DNA from: Bacteroidota bacterium
GTDB taxonomy: Bacteria; Bacteroidota; Bacteroidia; NS11-12g; UBA955
Direction of reading: 5' to 3'
Assembly: GCA_046314695.1 (NCBI GenBank)
Contig: JBKDBI010000306.1
Coordinates: 1-41,704, forward strand
DNA: 41,704 nt
Below, piece by piece: positions 26,373-34,837 of this stretch. The number at the start of each line of letters is the position of its first letter. The stretch's first letter is position 1. Both the position numbers and the translations under genes were made by a program. The notes below the pieces were generated by a model, which searched no databases, had not been told where the DNA came from, and saw only the letters and a list, made by a program, of their open reading frames with translations.

Positions 26373-28130
26373 ATGGGTCAACCACTGAGCCGCGAGTACC
26401 TCACTCGCATCGTGAACGACTGGGACTTCTACGTCGATGAATGCTTTCGACTGATGAAGTGGCCCAAGCAGGCACTCACAGCCTACGAGCGCGCGATGTT
26501 CCGCGACATGGCGTTCGGCCATCCGCGCCGCGTTATCTGCGCACCGCGCGGTATCGGCAAGACCTACGGCGTGACCATGCTTGCGACGTGGCGACTGCGC
26601 CGCGACCGCAACCGCCGCATCATCATCGTCAACTACAACGACAAGTACGCGGGCAAGACGCTGTTCCTTATCCGCGAGATGCTGGAGAGCCTGCCGTTCC
26701 TGCAAGACCTGGCTCCCAAGGGCCAAGACGTTGACAACCGCCTGTCCTTCAACGTCCACGGCGCGCTGCCCAATCGCCAGCCCAGCGTGAGCGTCGGCAG
26801 CATCAACGCCAGCTTGGAGTCGATGCGTGCCCACAGCATCTTCTTTGACGACGTGGAGACGAAGAAGAACGTGGTGACGGTCGAGGGCCGCGAGACGCTG
26901 AAAGCCCAGACCAACGAAGGCACCAACATCATCTACCCCGCCTCCACCGATGCTGTGGACGCGCCTGAAATCATCGTCACGCAGACCCCCAAGCACGACG
27001 AGTCCATTGTCCGCACCTTCAAGGATCGCGGGTTCAACGTCTTCTGCTACCCGCTGCTCGTGCCATCCGAAGGCGAGCCTGGCCCGTACATGCTGGCTCC
27101 CGCCGCCGAACGCCTCATGCGTGACCTCGCGCCTGGCACGCTGCTGGTTCCTCGCTTCTCGCCCGCCGAAGTCGCCGAACGCCGCGCGGCCAAGCACGAG
27201 TTCTGGCGTGAGCAGCAGCAGGCTGTGAGCCTTGGCGGACTCGAAGAACGCCCGCTTAGTCTCAGTGACCTCATCGTCTTTGACTTCCCCCCACCCCCCG
27301 GCAAGTTGCCGCTGGGTGTCTCGTGGGGCACCAGCAACAACAACGGCAGCACAAAGCTCAGCATCCCCTGCCTCGGCTTTGGCAACGACGCGCTCCACGG
27401 CCCCATCTTCGTAGACAAAGAGTTCGCCAGCCCCTTCGCTACCAAAGCCGCCATCGACCCCAGCGGCAAGGGCAAGGACAAGACGGGTATCGCCATCGGC
27501 AGCACGCTGGGCGGCATGGTCTTCGTGCATCTGGTGGACGGCATGCCGGGCGGTGTGGATGAACCGACCATCGAGCGACTGGTGTTGCTCTTGAAGCAAT
27601 ACCGCGTGCAGGAAGTGGTGTTTGAAAAGAACTTCGACACCACGGGCATCTACCAGCAGACGCTGGAGACGCTGATTCACCGCCATCACGCCCAGCCTGG
27701 CGACCCGCTCTTTCCCGAGGGATGGACCTGCCGCGTCGAAGGCATCCACAGCACGCGCAACAAGGAAGACCGCATCATCACCAGCCTGCAATCCATCATG
27801 GGTTCGCACCGGCTGGTCATGCACCCCCAGACGCTGCGCCCTGACCTGCGTGAAGAAGACTCGTTCTACAACGAGTTGCAGTACCAGATTGCCAACATCA
27901 AGCAGACCGAGAAGCGCGACGGCAAGGTGGTGCGCAGCGTGCTGCGTGAAGACGGCAAGATCGACGCGCTGGCGATGCTGGTGACGGCCTTGCAGCAGTT
28001 CCGCCGTCTGGAGCCTGCCATCCAGCGTCAGACCGCCATCGAGCGTGACATGGACCGCGAGCGTCCCATCACCCCCGGCCCCCGCGCCGCCTTTGCGGGC
28101 CGCTCAGACTACCGCCGCGTCCGCCACTAA
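26373..28130 (+). CDS. terL: Terminase large subunit, T7 gp19-like
   Basis: Walker A APRGIGKT, Walker B IFFDDVE, nuclease AIDPSGKGKDKT, EKNF, KEDRII, DGKIDAL. Confidence 0.95.
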   Translation: MGQPLSREYLTRIVNDWDFYVDECFRLMKWPKQALTAYERAMFRDMAFGHPRRVICAPRGIGKTYGVTMLATWRLRRDRNRRIIIVNYNDKYAGKTLFLIREMLESLPFLQDLAPKGQDVDNRLSFNVHGALPNRQPSVSVGSINASLESMRAHSIFFDDVETKKNVVTVEGRETLKAQTNEGTNIIYPASTDAVDAPEIIVTQTPKHDESIVRTFKDRGFNVFCYPLLVPSEGEPGPYMLAPAAERLMRDLAPGTLLVPRFSPAEVAERRAAKHEFWREQQQAVSLGGLEERPLSLSDLIVFDFPPPPGKLPLGVSWGTSNNNGSTKLSIPCLGFGNDALHGPIFVDKEFASPFATKAAIDPSGKGKDKTGIAIGSTLGGMVFVHLVDGMPGGVDEPTIERLVLLLKQYRVQEVVFEKNFDTTGIYQQTLETLIHRHHAQPGDPLFPEGWTCRVEGIHSTRNKEDRIITSLQSIMGSHRLVMHPQTLRPDLREEDSFYNELQYQIANIKQTEKRDGKVVRSVLREDGKIDALAMLVTALQQFRRLEPAIQRQTAIERDMDRERPITPGPRAAFAGRSDYRRVRH

Positions 28131-28139
28131 GGGAACATC

Positions 28140-28910
28140 ATGGCCGCACGAAACATCCGCGTCATGGCTTGGAGTTGCGGGCACTCACCCTTCACGCCGC
28201 GTCGCCACATCGAGTTCCTGCTAGGCCGCGCAGCTGAGTTTCGACCCGACGTGATGATAAACCTTGGCGACTGGTTTGAGTCCTGTGGCGGCAGTGTGCA
28301 TGACAACGAATACGACCACGACCAGCGCGATGAGTACGAGTTCGCTGCCGACATGTCTCGTCGCATACGTGAAGCGGTTGGCGACAAGTGCAAGCTCGTG
28401 TGGCTGCTCGGCAACCACGATGACAACCTGCAAGCCCCTGACAAGCGGCGTGTGCCCCCGCAACTGCGAAGCCTCGTCCACTGGAACAACTCCGAGTGGC
28501 GTGATGAGTTCCTGCGATGGGAGCAGATCCGCTACGAGAACAGCGCGCGCGGAACCTACCACGTCGGGCAGCTTGTCTTCTACCACGGCTACGACGCTGG
28601 CAAAGTGAGTGACGAGAAAGAGGCCATGCGGATGAACCGCGTGACCGGCTTCCACGCTCACCGCTGCTTTATTCGCGGCCACACCCACCGCCCCGTGCCC
28701 GTCACGCAGATGGGCATGGCGAAGTTCAACGAGCTTCCGTGGTGGTACGCCAACGTGGGCACGATGGGACCACTCAAACCAACGTGGACGCAGCGGCTTG
28801 ACACAAGCCATTGGTGGCCTGCGACGTTTGAAGCTGAGTGCAAAGAAGGACGACTGAGCCGCATCCACGGCAAGAACTGGTCAGCAGAAGTGAGGATGAT
28901 GCCGACATGA
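28140..28910 (+). CDS. Calcineurin-like metallophosphoesterase
   Basis: SCGH, LGDW, GNHD, YHG and GHTH motifs. Confidence 0.85.
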   Translation: MAARNIRVMAWSCGHSPFTPRRHIEFLLGRAAEFRPDVMINLGDWFESCGGSVHDNEYDHDQRDEYEFAADMSRRIREAVGDKCKLVWLLGNHDDNLQAPDKRRVPPQLRSLVHWNNSEWRDEFLRWEQIRYENSARGTYHVGQLVFYHGYDAGKVSDEKEAMRMNRVTGFHAHRCFIRGHTHRPVPVTQMGMAKFNELPWWYANVGTMGPLKPTWTQRLDTSHWWPATFEAECKEGRLSRIHGKNWSAEVRMMPT

Positions 28911-29686
28911 CGACCCCCGTCCCCTACTTCCAAACCGACGACGTAACGCTCTACTGCGGTGACTGTCTGAAAATCCTACCGAACTTGGGCAAGGTTGACG
29001 CGGTGGTGACGGACCCACCTTACGCCATGACTGATCTTGAATGGGACAAGGCGTTTGATATTGGTAGGTGGTGGGACTTGGTTGAGGCTGTTACTGGTAA
29101 GGGAAAAGCCACCGTTCTAACCGCAAGTCAGCCGTTCACCAGTTTAATGGTGATGAGCCGACGTAGTCGCTTTCGTACCGAGTGGATATGGAAGAAGAAC
29201 GCTGGCAGCAACTTCGCTACCACCAAGTGGCATCCGATGAAAGAACACGAGTCTGTTCTGGTATTTGGTGACGGGCCCACCACGTACAACCCAATCAAAC
29301 AGCCAAGAAGTAGTCCCCTGAAAGCCGGGTACACCAACACCAGCAACACCGGGAAGCGTAAGGCGTACTCGGGGGTGATGGTGAACAAGGGATTCACGGT
29401 GACAGACGGAGAGATGCGAGTTCCTTCGTCGGTTCAGCAATGGAACCGAGAACGCGGACACCACCCAAATCAGAAGCCCGTCGAGATGTTCGGATATTTC
29501 ATACGCACGTACTCGAATGAGGGCGAAACCGTCCTCGATCCCTTCATGGGTAGCGGCACCACAGGCGTTGCCTGCGTGAAGACGGGACGCAAGTTCATCG
29601 GTATTGAACTTGATCCGGCCTACTGCGAGATTGCAAAGCAACGCATCGAGAAGGCTCTTAGTGAAAGAGGTCAGGCAGTGGCATAG
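28907..29686 (+). CDS. DNA amino-methyltransferase (N6A/N4C, beta class)
   Basis: ATG at 28907; LYCGDCL, DPPY (motif IV), HPNQKP, DPFMGSGTT (motif I). Confidence 0.93.
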   Translation: MTTPVPYFQTDDVTLYCGDCLKILPNLGKVDAVVTDPPYAMTDLEWDKAFDIGRWWDLVEAVTGKGKATVLTASQPFTSLMVMSRRSRFRTEWIWKKNAGSNFATTKWHPMKEHESVLVFGDGPTTYNPIKQPRSSPLKAGYTNTSNTGKRKAYSGVMVNKGFTVTDGEMRVPSSVQQWNRERGHHPNQKPVEMFGYFIRTYSNEGETVLDPFMGSGTTGVACVKTGRKFIGIELDPAYCEIAKQRIEKALSERGQAVA

Positions 29687-29706
29687 CAACCAACAGGGGG
29701 TGACTC

Positions 29707-29805
29707 ATGGCGTGGCCTTCCATCGAGCCAATGTTCCCTGACGACCTCTGCTCACCCGACTTTGACGACCTCGTGGCAGACAACCCCTACATCAGCCCGA
29801 ATTGA
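29707..29805 (+). CDS. Possible 32-aa acidic peptide
   Basis: AGGGGG RBS; MAWPSIEPMFPDDL...NPYISPN*; fills the gap. Confidence 0.35.
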   Translation: MAWPSIEPMFPDDLCSPDFDDLVADNPYISPN

Positions 29806-29806
29806 C

Positions 29807-30088
29807 ATGAGCAACACAACCGCAATCTTCCGACGTGCTGCGTACATGGCCGAGGGCAAGTACCGGCTGACCTACCTCCTGCGCATCAGAGAGCAGTGCG
29901 AGGGCTGGTTCGCCGTCTCCATCTGCGTCTCGTCCAACTGGTTTGACACCGCGTATTCCCACCCTGTCGAGAACGCAAAGCGTGAGGAATGGATCATCGT
30001 GCCCGAAGAACAGTTCAACGTGGAGACCATCTACGCGCTGCTGGAGATGATGAGCAAGGAATACTTTCGGGTGAAGGACAGGCACTAG
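29807..30088 (+). CDS. Hypothetical protein
   Basis: ATG at 29807 (MSNTTAIFRR...), 93 aa. Confidence 0.55.
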   Translation: MSNTTAIFRRAAYMAEGKYRLTYLLRIREQCEGWFAVSICVSSNWFDTAYSHPVENAKREEWIIVPEEQFNVETIYALLEMMSKEYFRVKDRH

Positions 30089-30242
30089 CCGTCACTTCTG
30101 GCGTGTACTGCGGGTTGCTGCTCACAATCATCTGGCAGCCGCCATTGCCCGTGACGAAGCAACCAGCCTTGTCCAGCGCGCGGATGTAGTCAGCCAGCAC
30201 GGGCGAGGCAAACGCAGTCATCGTCGGTACGCCGTCAACCAT
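30015..30242 (-). CDS. Hypothetical protein
   Basis: GAGGGGG RBS; last gene of the minus-strand cluster; convergent overlap with 29807..30088. Confidence 0.45.
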   Translation of the reverse strand: MVDGVPTMTAFASPVLADYIRALDKAGCFVTGNGGCQMIVSSNPQYTPEVTASACPSPESIPCSSSPAARRWSPR

Positions 30243-30260
30243 CTGTCACCCCCCCTCGTC

Positions 30261-30479
30261 TCAGCAAATGTCCTGCTTGAACAACTCTTTGCCCGTCTCA
30301 CTGTCAACGAGAGTGACCGACACGGGCGACAACGCCTGATACACGATGCACGCATAGGTGCGCCAGTCAACGACCCCACAGCACACGAGCATCTTGCACA
30401 ACGCTTCGTCCTGCGCCTTGGCAACCGTGCGTGCAATGTCCTGCTTCAACAAGTCAATCCGTTTCCGTAGTTCATCCAT
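30261..30479 (-). CDS. Hypothetical protein
   Basis: GGAGGT RBS; 72 aa; overlaps the end of the upstream gene. Confidence 0.6.
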   Translation of the reverse strand: MDELRKRIDLLKQDIARTVAKAQDEALCKMLVCCGVVDWRTYACIVYQALSPVSVTLVDSETGKELFKQDIC

Positions 30480-30750
30480 CTGTCCACCTCCGTATCAACT
30501 CCAACCGCTCTGCCACCTTCTCTGCACTCAACACCACCACACGCCCCTTCGCATACCGCGCCTTCACAATCTTCCGCAGCGCACTCTCACACCCCTCACG
30601 CCCGCCCCTACCGCGTGCGTACACACGCTTCTGGTCATACACCCGCCAGAACCCCGTCTTGTACACCACGCCCGTCAGACGGCCCCAGAAGCCAACAGCG
30701 TCGATGTACGGGTCAGTCGCGGGGTGCCAGGGGAAGTCAGTTGTTGTCAT
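30472..30750 (-). CDS. Hypothetical basic protein
   Basis: 92 aa; ATGA overlap with the SLOG gene. Confidence 0.6.
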   Translation of the reverse strand: MTTTDFPWHPATDPYIDAVGFWGRLTGVVYKTGFWRVYDQKRVYARGRGGREGCESALRKIVKARYAKGRVVVLSAEKVAERLELIRRWTDG

Positions 30751-31115
30751 TCAACTCGCACCACTGTCACGCCAGCCTTCTCCGCGCGCCTCACCATGTC
30801 AGCCGTCCCGGTCCCGCCGGGGAACGCCACTACCACGTCTGGTTTCCCCAAGTCCAGCATCCGCTGGTTGCGTAGCGGACCTGCCTTACGTCCAAGCTCA
30901 CGCCAATCCTCTTGCGTCACAGGGAAGATGTACTGACCCACGCTGTTCAACTCAGCCCACCGCTTAGCAGCCGTGTCCGCTCCCGTCGCACCACCGTGGA
31001 TGATCTGTGCGATGGGACGTTGCATGTGAATCTCACGCAGGGTGTCCCACACGTAGCCGGTGTTGTTGTAGTCCCGTCCGCCGCACACCAGCACCTTGTA
31101 GCCTTCACTGTCCAT
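30747..31115 (-). CDS. DUF2493 / YspA-related SLOG family protein
   Basis: KVLVCGGRDY, IIHGGATGAD, AGPLRNQRML, VVAFPGGTGTADMV; start re-called at 31115 with AAGGGG RBS. Confidence 0.85.
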   Translation of the reverse strand: MDSEGYKVLVCGGRDYNNTGYVWDTLREIHMQRPIAQIIHGGATGADTAAKRWAELNSVGQYIFPVTQEDWRELGRKAGPLRNQRMLDLGKPDVVVAFPGGTGTADMVRRAEKAGVTVVRVE

Positions 31116-31213
31116 TTGCATACCCCTTGAAAAGTTTTGCCGAGTTGTGAGGGGGTCGATTGACGAGTCTCGGCTCGCCACTTTCCCCCCGTACCCCCCC
31201 CTCGCGCTGTCGT

Positions 31214-31352
31214 CCGGTGTGCGTCGTTGGCCTGTGCAGCCAGCGTTGTCACTCGCAAGTGTCGTGTTCTCAGGTAGTTGCGTCATCGGTGTGCGTTTCG
31301 GTGTGCGTTTCATCGCCTGGATGCCGCTCGTTCGCGTTCGCCTGGATGCCGC
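31214..31352 (+). repeat. Short direct repeats in a low-complexity region
   Basis: cggtgtgcgtttc x2 in tandem plus cggtgtgcgt at 31215; tcgcctggatgccgc x2. Confidence 0.7.
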
Positions 31353-31512
31353 ACACCCGTTGCGAGTCGCATGCGTGTGAGAGAGCCGATGCCATCCCTG
31401 CCTTTTTCCTCATGCTGTCCTGCTCGCTTGCGTCACACACACCGCGCGTCTGCTCGCGTTCGTTGGCCCTGCGGTTGTCGCGATCGCGCTGTCTGTCGGT
31501 TAGCATCATCAT
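31270..31512 (-). CDS. Doubtful low-complexity ORF
   Basis: GAGGA upstream, but it lies within the repeat-rich region. Confidence 0.25.
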   Translation of the reverse strand: MMMLTDRQRDRDNRRANEREQTRGVCDASEQDSMRKKAGMASALSHACDSQRVCGIQANANERHPGDETHTETHTDDATT

Positions 31513-31753
31513 CCATCCTCAGGCACATGCACGCACACACCAGAGAGCCTAGCCATGTGTGTTGTGTGAGCTGCTCGCGTTGGTGTGCGTGTGCGTGTGT
31601 CTGGGGTTACCAGTTGCGTCCGTGGTCTTTCATGTTCGTTACCACTAACTAATAAACAAGAGGATACGAGGGCAAAACTCTGAATTCCACCCTTGTCTAC
31701 TCACACGAAAGGGTGAATCTGTAAGAATATGATGCAGACTGTTTACAGTGTGC

Positions 31754-31782
31754 TTGCACTACTCCGATGGTTGTGGTATACT
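31754..31782 (+). promoter_or_regulatory. Host sigma70-type early promoter
   Basis: TTGCAC - 17 bp - TATACT with extended -10 TG; AT-rich upstream; predicted +1 near 31788. Confidence 0.8.
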
Positions 31783-31787
31783 ACTGC

Positions 31788-31837
31788 ACCGCTAGCGATG
31801 TGCTAGCGACTCGCGCAAACGAGTAGGAGAATGACCA
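31788..31837 (+). repeat. Structured intergenic module A (leader half only)
   Basis: cgctagc-GATGT-gctagcg, actcg-CGCAAA-cgagt, AGGAGAATG. Confidence 0.85.
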
Positions 31838-32047
31838 ATGTCCACCGCTAATTACGTTGTCTGTGTTCGCCGTGTTGAGGGTGCCGAGTGGGTTGCCGAC
31901 TCTGGGCACGCCACCAACAAGGATGCGTATGCACGTGCTGACAGCCTTAGCCCCACGGCTTACGACGTGTGCGTGCTGACCGCTGACCTCGCCCGCCTTA
32001 TGCGTGTTGAGGTTCCGCCTGTGGGCTGGTCCTACGTCACCTGCTAA
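31838..32047 (+). CDS. Early hypothetical protein
   Basis: 69 aa; AGGAG RBS. Confidence 0.75.
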   Translation: MSTANYVVCVRRVEGAEWVADSGHATNKDAYARADSLSPTAYDVCVLTADLARLMRVEVPPVGWSYVTC

Positions 32048-32137
32048 CCCTCTCGCCCACACCCGTGCTACCGCGCCGGTGTCGGTTTCACCTACCAACG
32101 TGGTAGGCTCGCGCAAACGAGTACAGGAGAATGGATC
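32048..32137 (+). repeat. Structured intergenic module B
   Basis: acacc-C-gtgc-TACC-gcgc-C-ggtgt, TTTCA, cctacc-AACGT-ggtagg, ctcg-CGCAAA-cgag, AGGAGAATG. Confidence 0.88.
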
Positions 32138-32473
32138 ATGGCTAAAGCGAAGGTTTCCAGCAAGATCACGTATCAGCAAGCGGCTGCGGCTATGTCGCTG
32201 GAGCGCGATCGCGTTATCCGTGACGCACAATCGTCTATGCGTGCTTCACAGTGCTTCACGGATGCAAAGGTCTACGGATTCCCGTTCGGAGTCGGCAAAG
32301 ACTACCCGGCAACCAGAATCCTCGGCTGGTGCCGCCCCGACGAAGACATTCCCGCTAGCTGTGAACTTATCGCCCGCATTCCGGTGTCCAATCTTTCCGA
32401 GTTGCAAGCTGTGCGAATGCTTGCCGACAAGATGCAGTCTTTCCCCGCATTCAACTGTGAGAAGATCGCCTAA
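32138..32473 (+). CDS. Early hypothetical protein
   Basis: 111 aa; AGGAG RBS. Confidence 0.75.
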   Translation: MAKAKVSSKITYQQAAAAMSLERDRVIRDAQSSMRASQCFTDAKVYGFPFGVGKDYPATRILGWCRPDEDIPASCELIARIPVSNLSELQAVRMLADKMQSFPAFNCEKIA

Positions 32474-32553
32474 GCCCCTCGCCCACACCCTACCGGGTCT
32501 GGGCCAGTTTCCGCCCGCTGTGGGCGGTGTGCGCAAACACACTGGAGAATGGT
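32474..32553 (+). repeat. Structured intergenic module C
   Basis: gccca-C-accc-TACC-gggt-C-tgggc, AGTTT, ccgccc-GCTGT-gggcgg, tgtg-CGCAAA-caca, GGAGAATG. Confidence 0.88.
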
Positions 32554-33342
32554 ATGGAACTTCGTGATTTTGTCGGTATGCGTGTGCGATGGTCAGATAT
32601 GGCGAACTACCGGACTGGCGTTGTTTTCAACGTCCGCAAGCCGGATCGCACCGTCTACACCATCGGCGCGACAATGCAATCTGTCGCCATCGTGCTCGAT
32701 GTGGTCTGGGATGATGGTCTCATCACGCGGGAGAGTCCGCTAGACCGCTGGGAAGTCCTGCCGGGCTTTGCTGACGCGGACGAAATCGCCAAGATGCTGC
32801 ACGATGCAGACCAGAAACAAGCGCAGAAGGAAGCGGAAGCCCGTGCAGAGAAGGCAGAAAACGCCACTATCCGCGCGTCGCTCCCCACGCTTCACCCACA
32901 CTTGCTGACAGTGCAAGCCCGCAAAGACTGGGCACCCGGTCGAATCGCTGCCGAGAACATCCGGCGCGAGTTGAAGCGACTGTACCCGAAGGTGAAGTTT
33001 TCGATTCGCTACAAGTCCTTCTCGGGTGGCAACTCTATTGACGTTTCATGGGTCGATGGTCCCACATCCGCCAGCGTAAACGCCATCATCGGCAAGCACG
33101 AATACGGGTCCTTCGATGGGATGACGGACTGCTACAACTACGACAGCGAATCGGATCGAACATGGGGCGATGTGTTCGGCAGTGCGAAGTACGTGCACGC
33201 TTCACGCACCCATACCATCGACGCAGTACGCGCGGCGTGGAAGTCCAAGGGCTTCAACGCTGACGAAGTGCCAGCTACAGACGCTTGGCAGTCTGACTTG
33301 TGGCAGCACATGTTCCTCGCGTGGTCTGAGACTGCTTTCTGA
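32554..33342 (+). CDS. LPD29 domain-containing protein
   Basis: Start re-called at ATG 32554; AAENIRRELKRLYPKVKFSIR...SIDVSWVDGPT...GSFDGMTD...FGSAKYV. Confidence 0.8.
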   Translation: MELRDFVGMRVRWSDMANYRTGVVFNVRKPDRTVYTIGATMQSVAIVLDVVWDDGLITRESPLDRWEVLPGFADADEIAKMLHDADQKQAQKEAEARAEKAENATIRASLPTLHPHLLTVQARKDWAPGRIAAENIRRELKRLYPKVKFSIRYKSFSGGNSIDVSWVDGPTSASVNAIIGKHEYGSFDGMTDCYNYDSESDRTWGDVFGSAKYVHASRTHTIDAVRAAWKSKGFNADEVPATDAWQSDLWQHMFLAWSETAF

Positions 33343-33431
33343 CCTACCACCCCTCGCGCGTTCCCCAACGGGACCGCGCGGGATTCACTGGGCGATGTGC
33401 CCACACATACTACCGCACACAGGAGGTTTAC
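33343..33431 (+). repeat. Structured intergenic module D
   Basis: accacccctcgcgcg-T-tccc-CAAC-ggga-C-cgcgcggg, ATTCA, tgggc-GATGT-gccca, AGGAGG; third hairpin absent. Confidence 0.82.
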
Positions 33432-33731
33432 ATGGGAAAGTACCGCATCATCGACGTTTCACTCAGTTATTCATACATGGGCAATCCGCATCCGTCTGTG
33501 GTTGCGGCATGGCGTGACATTGTGGAGGGCTTGCGTCTGAATGGTCGCGTTGTTGAGGTGACTCAGCAGCACATCGACGATGCAGACGGTGACGACGATT
33601 CGGCGGAGTTGCAAGCTGTGGCTGACATGGCAGAGGACGAAGCCCGTGCTGAATACGTCGCCAAGTTCCCCGCGTCAGATTGTTCGATGATGGTTGTCGA
33701 AGTGGCGCACCTTGAAAGCACGCCTGCCTAA
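33432..33731 (+). CDS. Early acidic hypothetical protein
   Basis: 99 aa; AGGAGG RBS; DDADGDDDS tract. Confidence 0.75.
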   Translation: MGKYRIIDVSLSYSYMGNPHPSVVAAWRDIVEGLRLNGRVVEVTQQHIDDADGDDDSAELQAVADMAEDEARAEYVAKFPASDCSMMVVEVAHLESTPA

Positions 33732-33852
33732 CCCACCCACGCCGCACACCCCAACGGGTCTGCGTCGTCTTCCCTGCCCGCTGTGGGTAGGAAACAAGTT
33801 GCCCCCGCGTCACGCAAATGACCGGGGGCGTGTCCAAAGTCGGAGAAAGACT
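33732..33852 (+). repeat. Structured intergenic module E
   Basis: cgca-C-accc-CAAC-gggt-C-tgcg, CTTC, cctgccc-GCTGT-gggtagg, gccccc..gtca-CGCAAA-tgac..gggggc, GGAGAA. Confidence 0.85.
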
Positions 33853-34317
33853 ATGGCGACGAACAATAGCAAGCCCACCCCTCGCGTCAATGAAGATGCC
33901 GAACGCTTTGACGAAGTGACGGGGGGCTACGACATGGTTGACCATGACCGCGCGGCGAAGCGGATCATGGCGGATCTGCGGAAGATGCCCGAACGGGTCG
34001 AGGGGCACACGCCGGGGCCGTGGCGGTCGCACGGGGAGGCCGTGTGGTCTACCCACGAATCTGTCAGTGGCCCCGTCACTAAGGGCACCCGCACTAACCA
34101 TGTGTGCGCCGTGTCTTCGCGGTTGAAGATGCCAGAGGCCGAGCGTGCCGCCAACGCCCGCCTCATCGCCTCCGCCCCTGACCTGCTGGCGGCGTGCCAA
34201 CGGGTTCACAAGTACCTCAACCACCCCAACGACGGCGCGGGGCGTGCGACGGTTGAGCTTTGCCTGTCCGAACTGTCTGCCGCCATCGCCCGCGCGACGA
34301 ATGGGGGTGGGATGTGA
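33853..34317 (+). CDS. Phage protein of the HTPGPW...ANARLIAAAP type
   Basis: Start re-called at ATG 33853; HTPGPW and ANARLIASAPDLLAAC motifs. Confidence 0.75.
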   Translation: MATNNSKPTPRVNEDAERFDEVTGGYDMVDHDRAAKRIMADLRKMPERVEGHTPGPWRSHGEAVWSTHESVSGPVTKGTRTNHVCAVSSRLKMPEAERAANARLIASAPDLLAACQRVHKYLNHPNDGAGRATVELCLSELSAAIARATNGGGM

Positions 34318-34505
34318 AGTGCAACCTTTGCGGATACGAGATTTGGCGCGGCGGCACCTGCCAGCGCACGTGCAAGTATGACAAGAAAACCGGCCACTTC
34401 AACCGTGGCAAGACGTGCCACATCGGGTGCGCCGAGAAGCATTACCAAGACCACCACGACACCAAGAATCCTCGCTCGCTCGCGTCAATGCAGCTCACCA
34501 AATAA
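34314..34505 (+). CDS. Small Cys/His-rich protein
   Basis: GTGA overlap; CNLC...CQRTC...CHIGC..H. Confidence 0.6.
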   Translation: MKCNLCGYEIWRGGTCQRTCKYDKKTGHFNRGKTCHIGCAEKHYQDHHDTKNPRSLASMQLTK

Positions 34506-34591
34506 CCACCCCTCGCGCCCCACTTGACCGTGCGGCGCGGGTTTCATCGGCCCCGGATTGCAGGGGTGTGCGCAAACACAAGGAGAATGGA
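34506..34591 (+). repeat. Structured intergenic module F
   Basis: ccacccctcgcgcc-C-cac-TTGACC-gtg-C-ggcgcggg, TTTCA, degenerate second hairpin, tgtg-CGCAAA-caca, AGGAGAATG. Confidence 0.85.
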
Positions 34592-34837
34592 ATGGAAACG
34601 AATCACAAGCCCGGAACCGTGCGCCGTCTGTATTGCAACTGCTGCGGAAGTGCGAATGGTCGCTTCGCCCAGCACTGGAACCAGGACACCGGATACGGCA
34701 TCTGCCGCCCGTGCGTGCTGAAGTGGTACCGTGGCAAGGGCCACACCGAGGCCGACATCGAGCAACTGTTTGGCAAAGAGGGTGTGAACTGGGCCAACGC
34801 CGAGCAATGGGCTGAGATCGAAGCTGCTAACGCCTGA
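34592..34837 (+). CDS. Small zinc-finger-like protein
   Basis: Start re-called at ATG 34592; CNCCG...QHWNQDTGYGICRPC. Confidence 0.7.
   Translation: METNHKPGTVRRLYCNCCGSANGRFAQHWNQDTGYGICRPCVLKWYRGKGHTEADIEQLFGKEGVNWANAEQWAEIEAANA

Noticed and set aside
26292-27824. 510-aa minus-strand ORF
   Set aside because: Antisense shadow of the terminase large subunit
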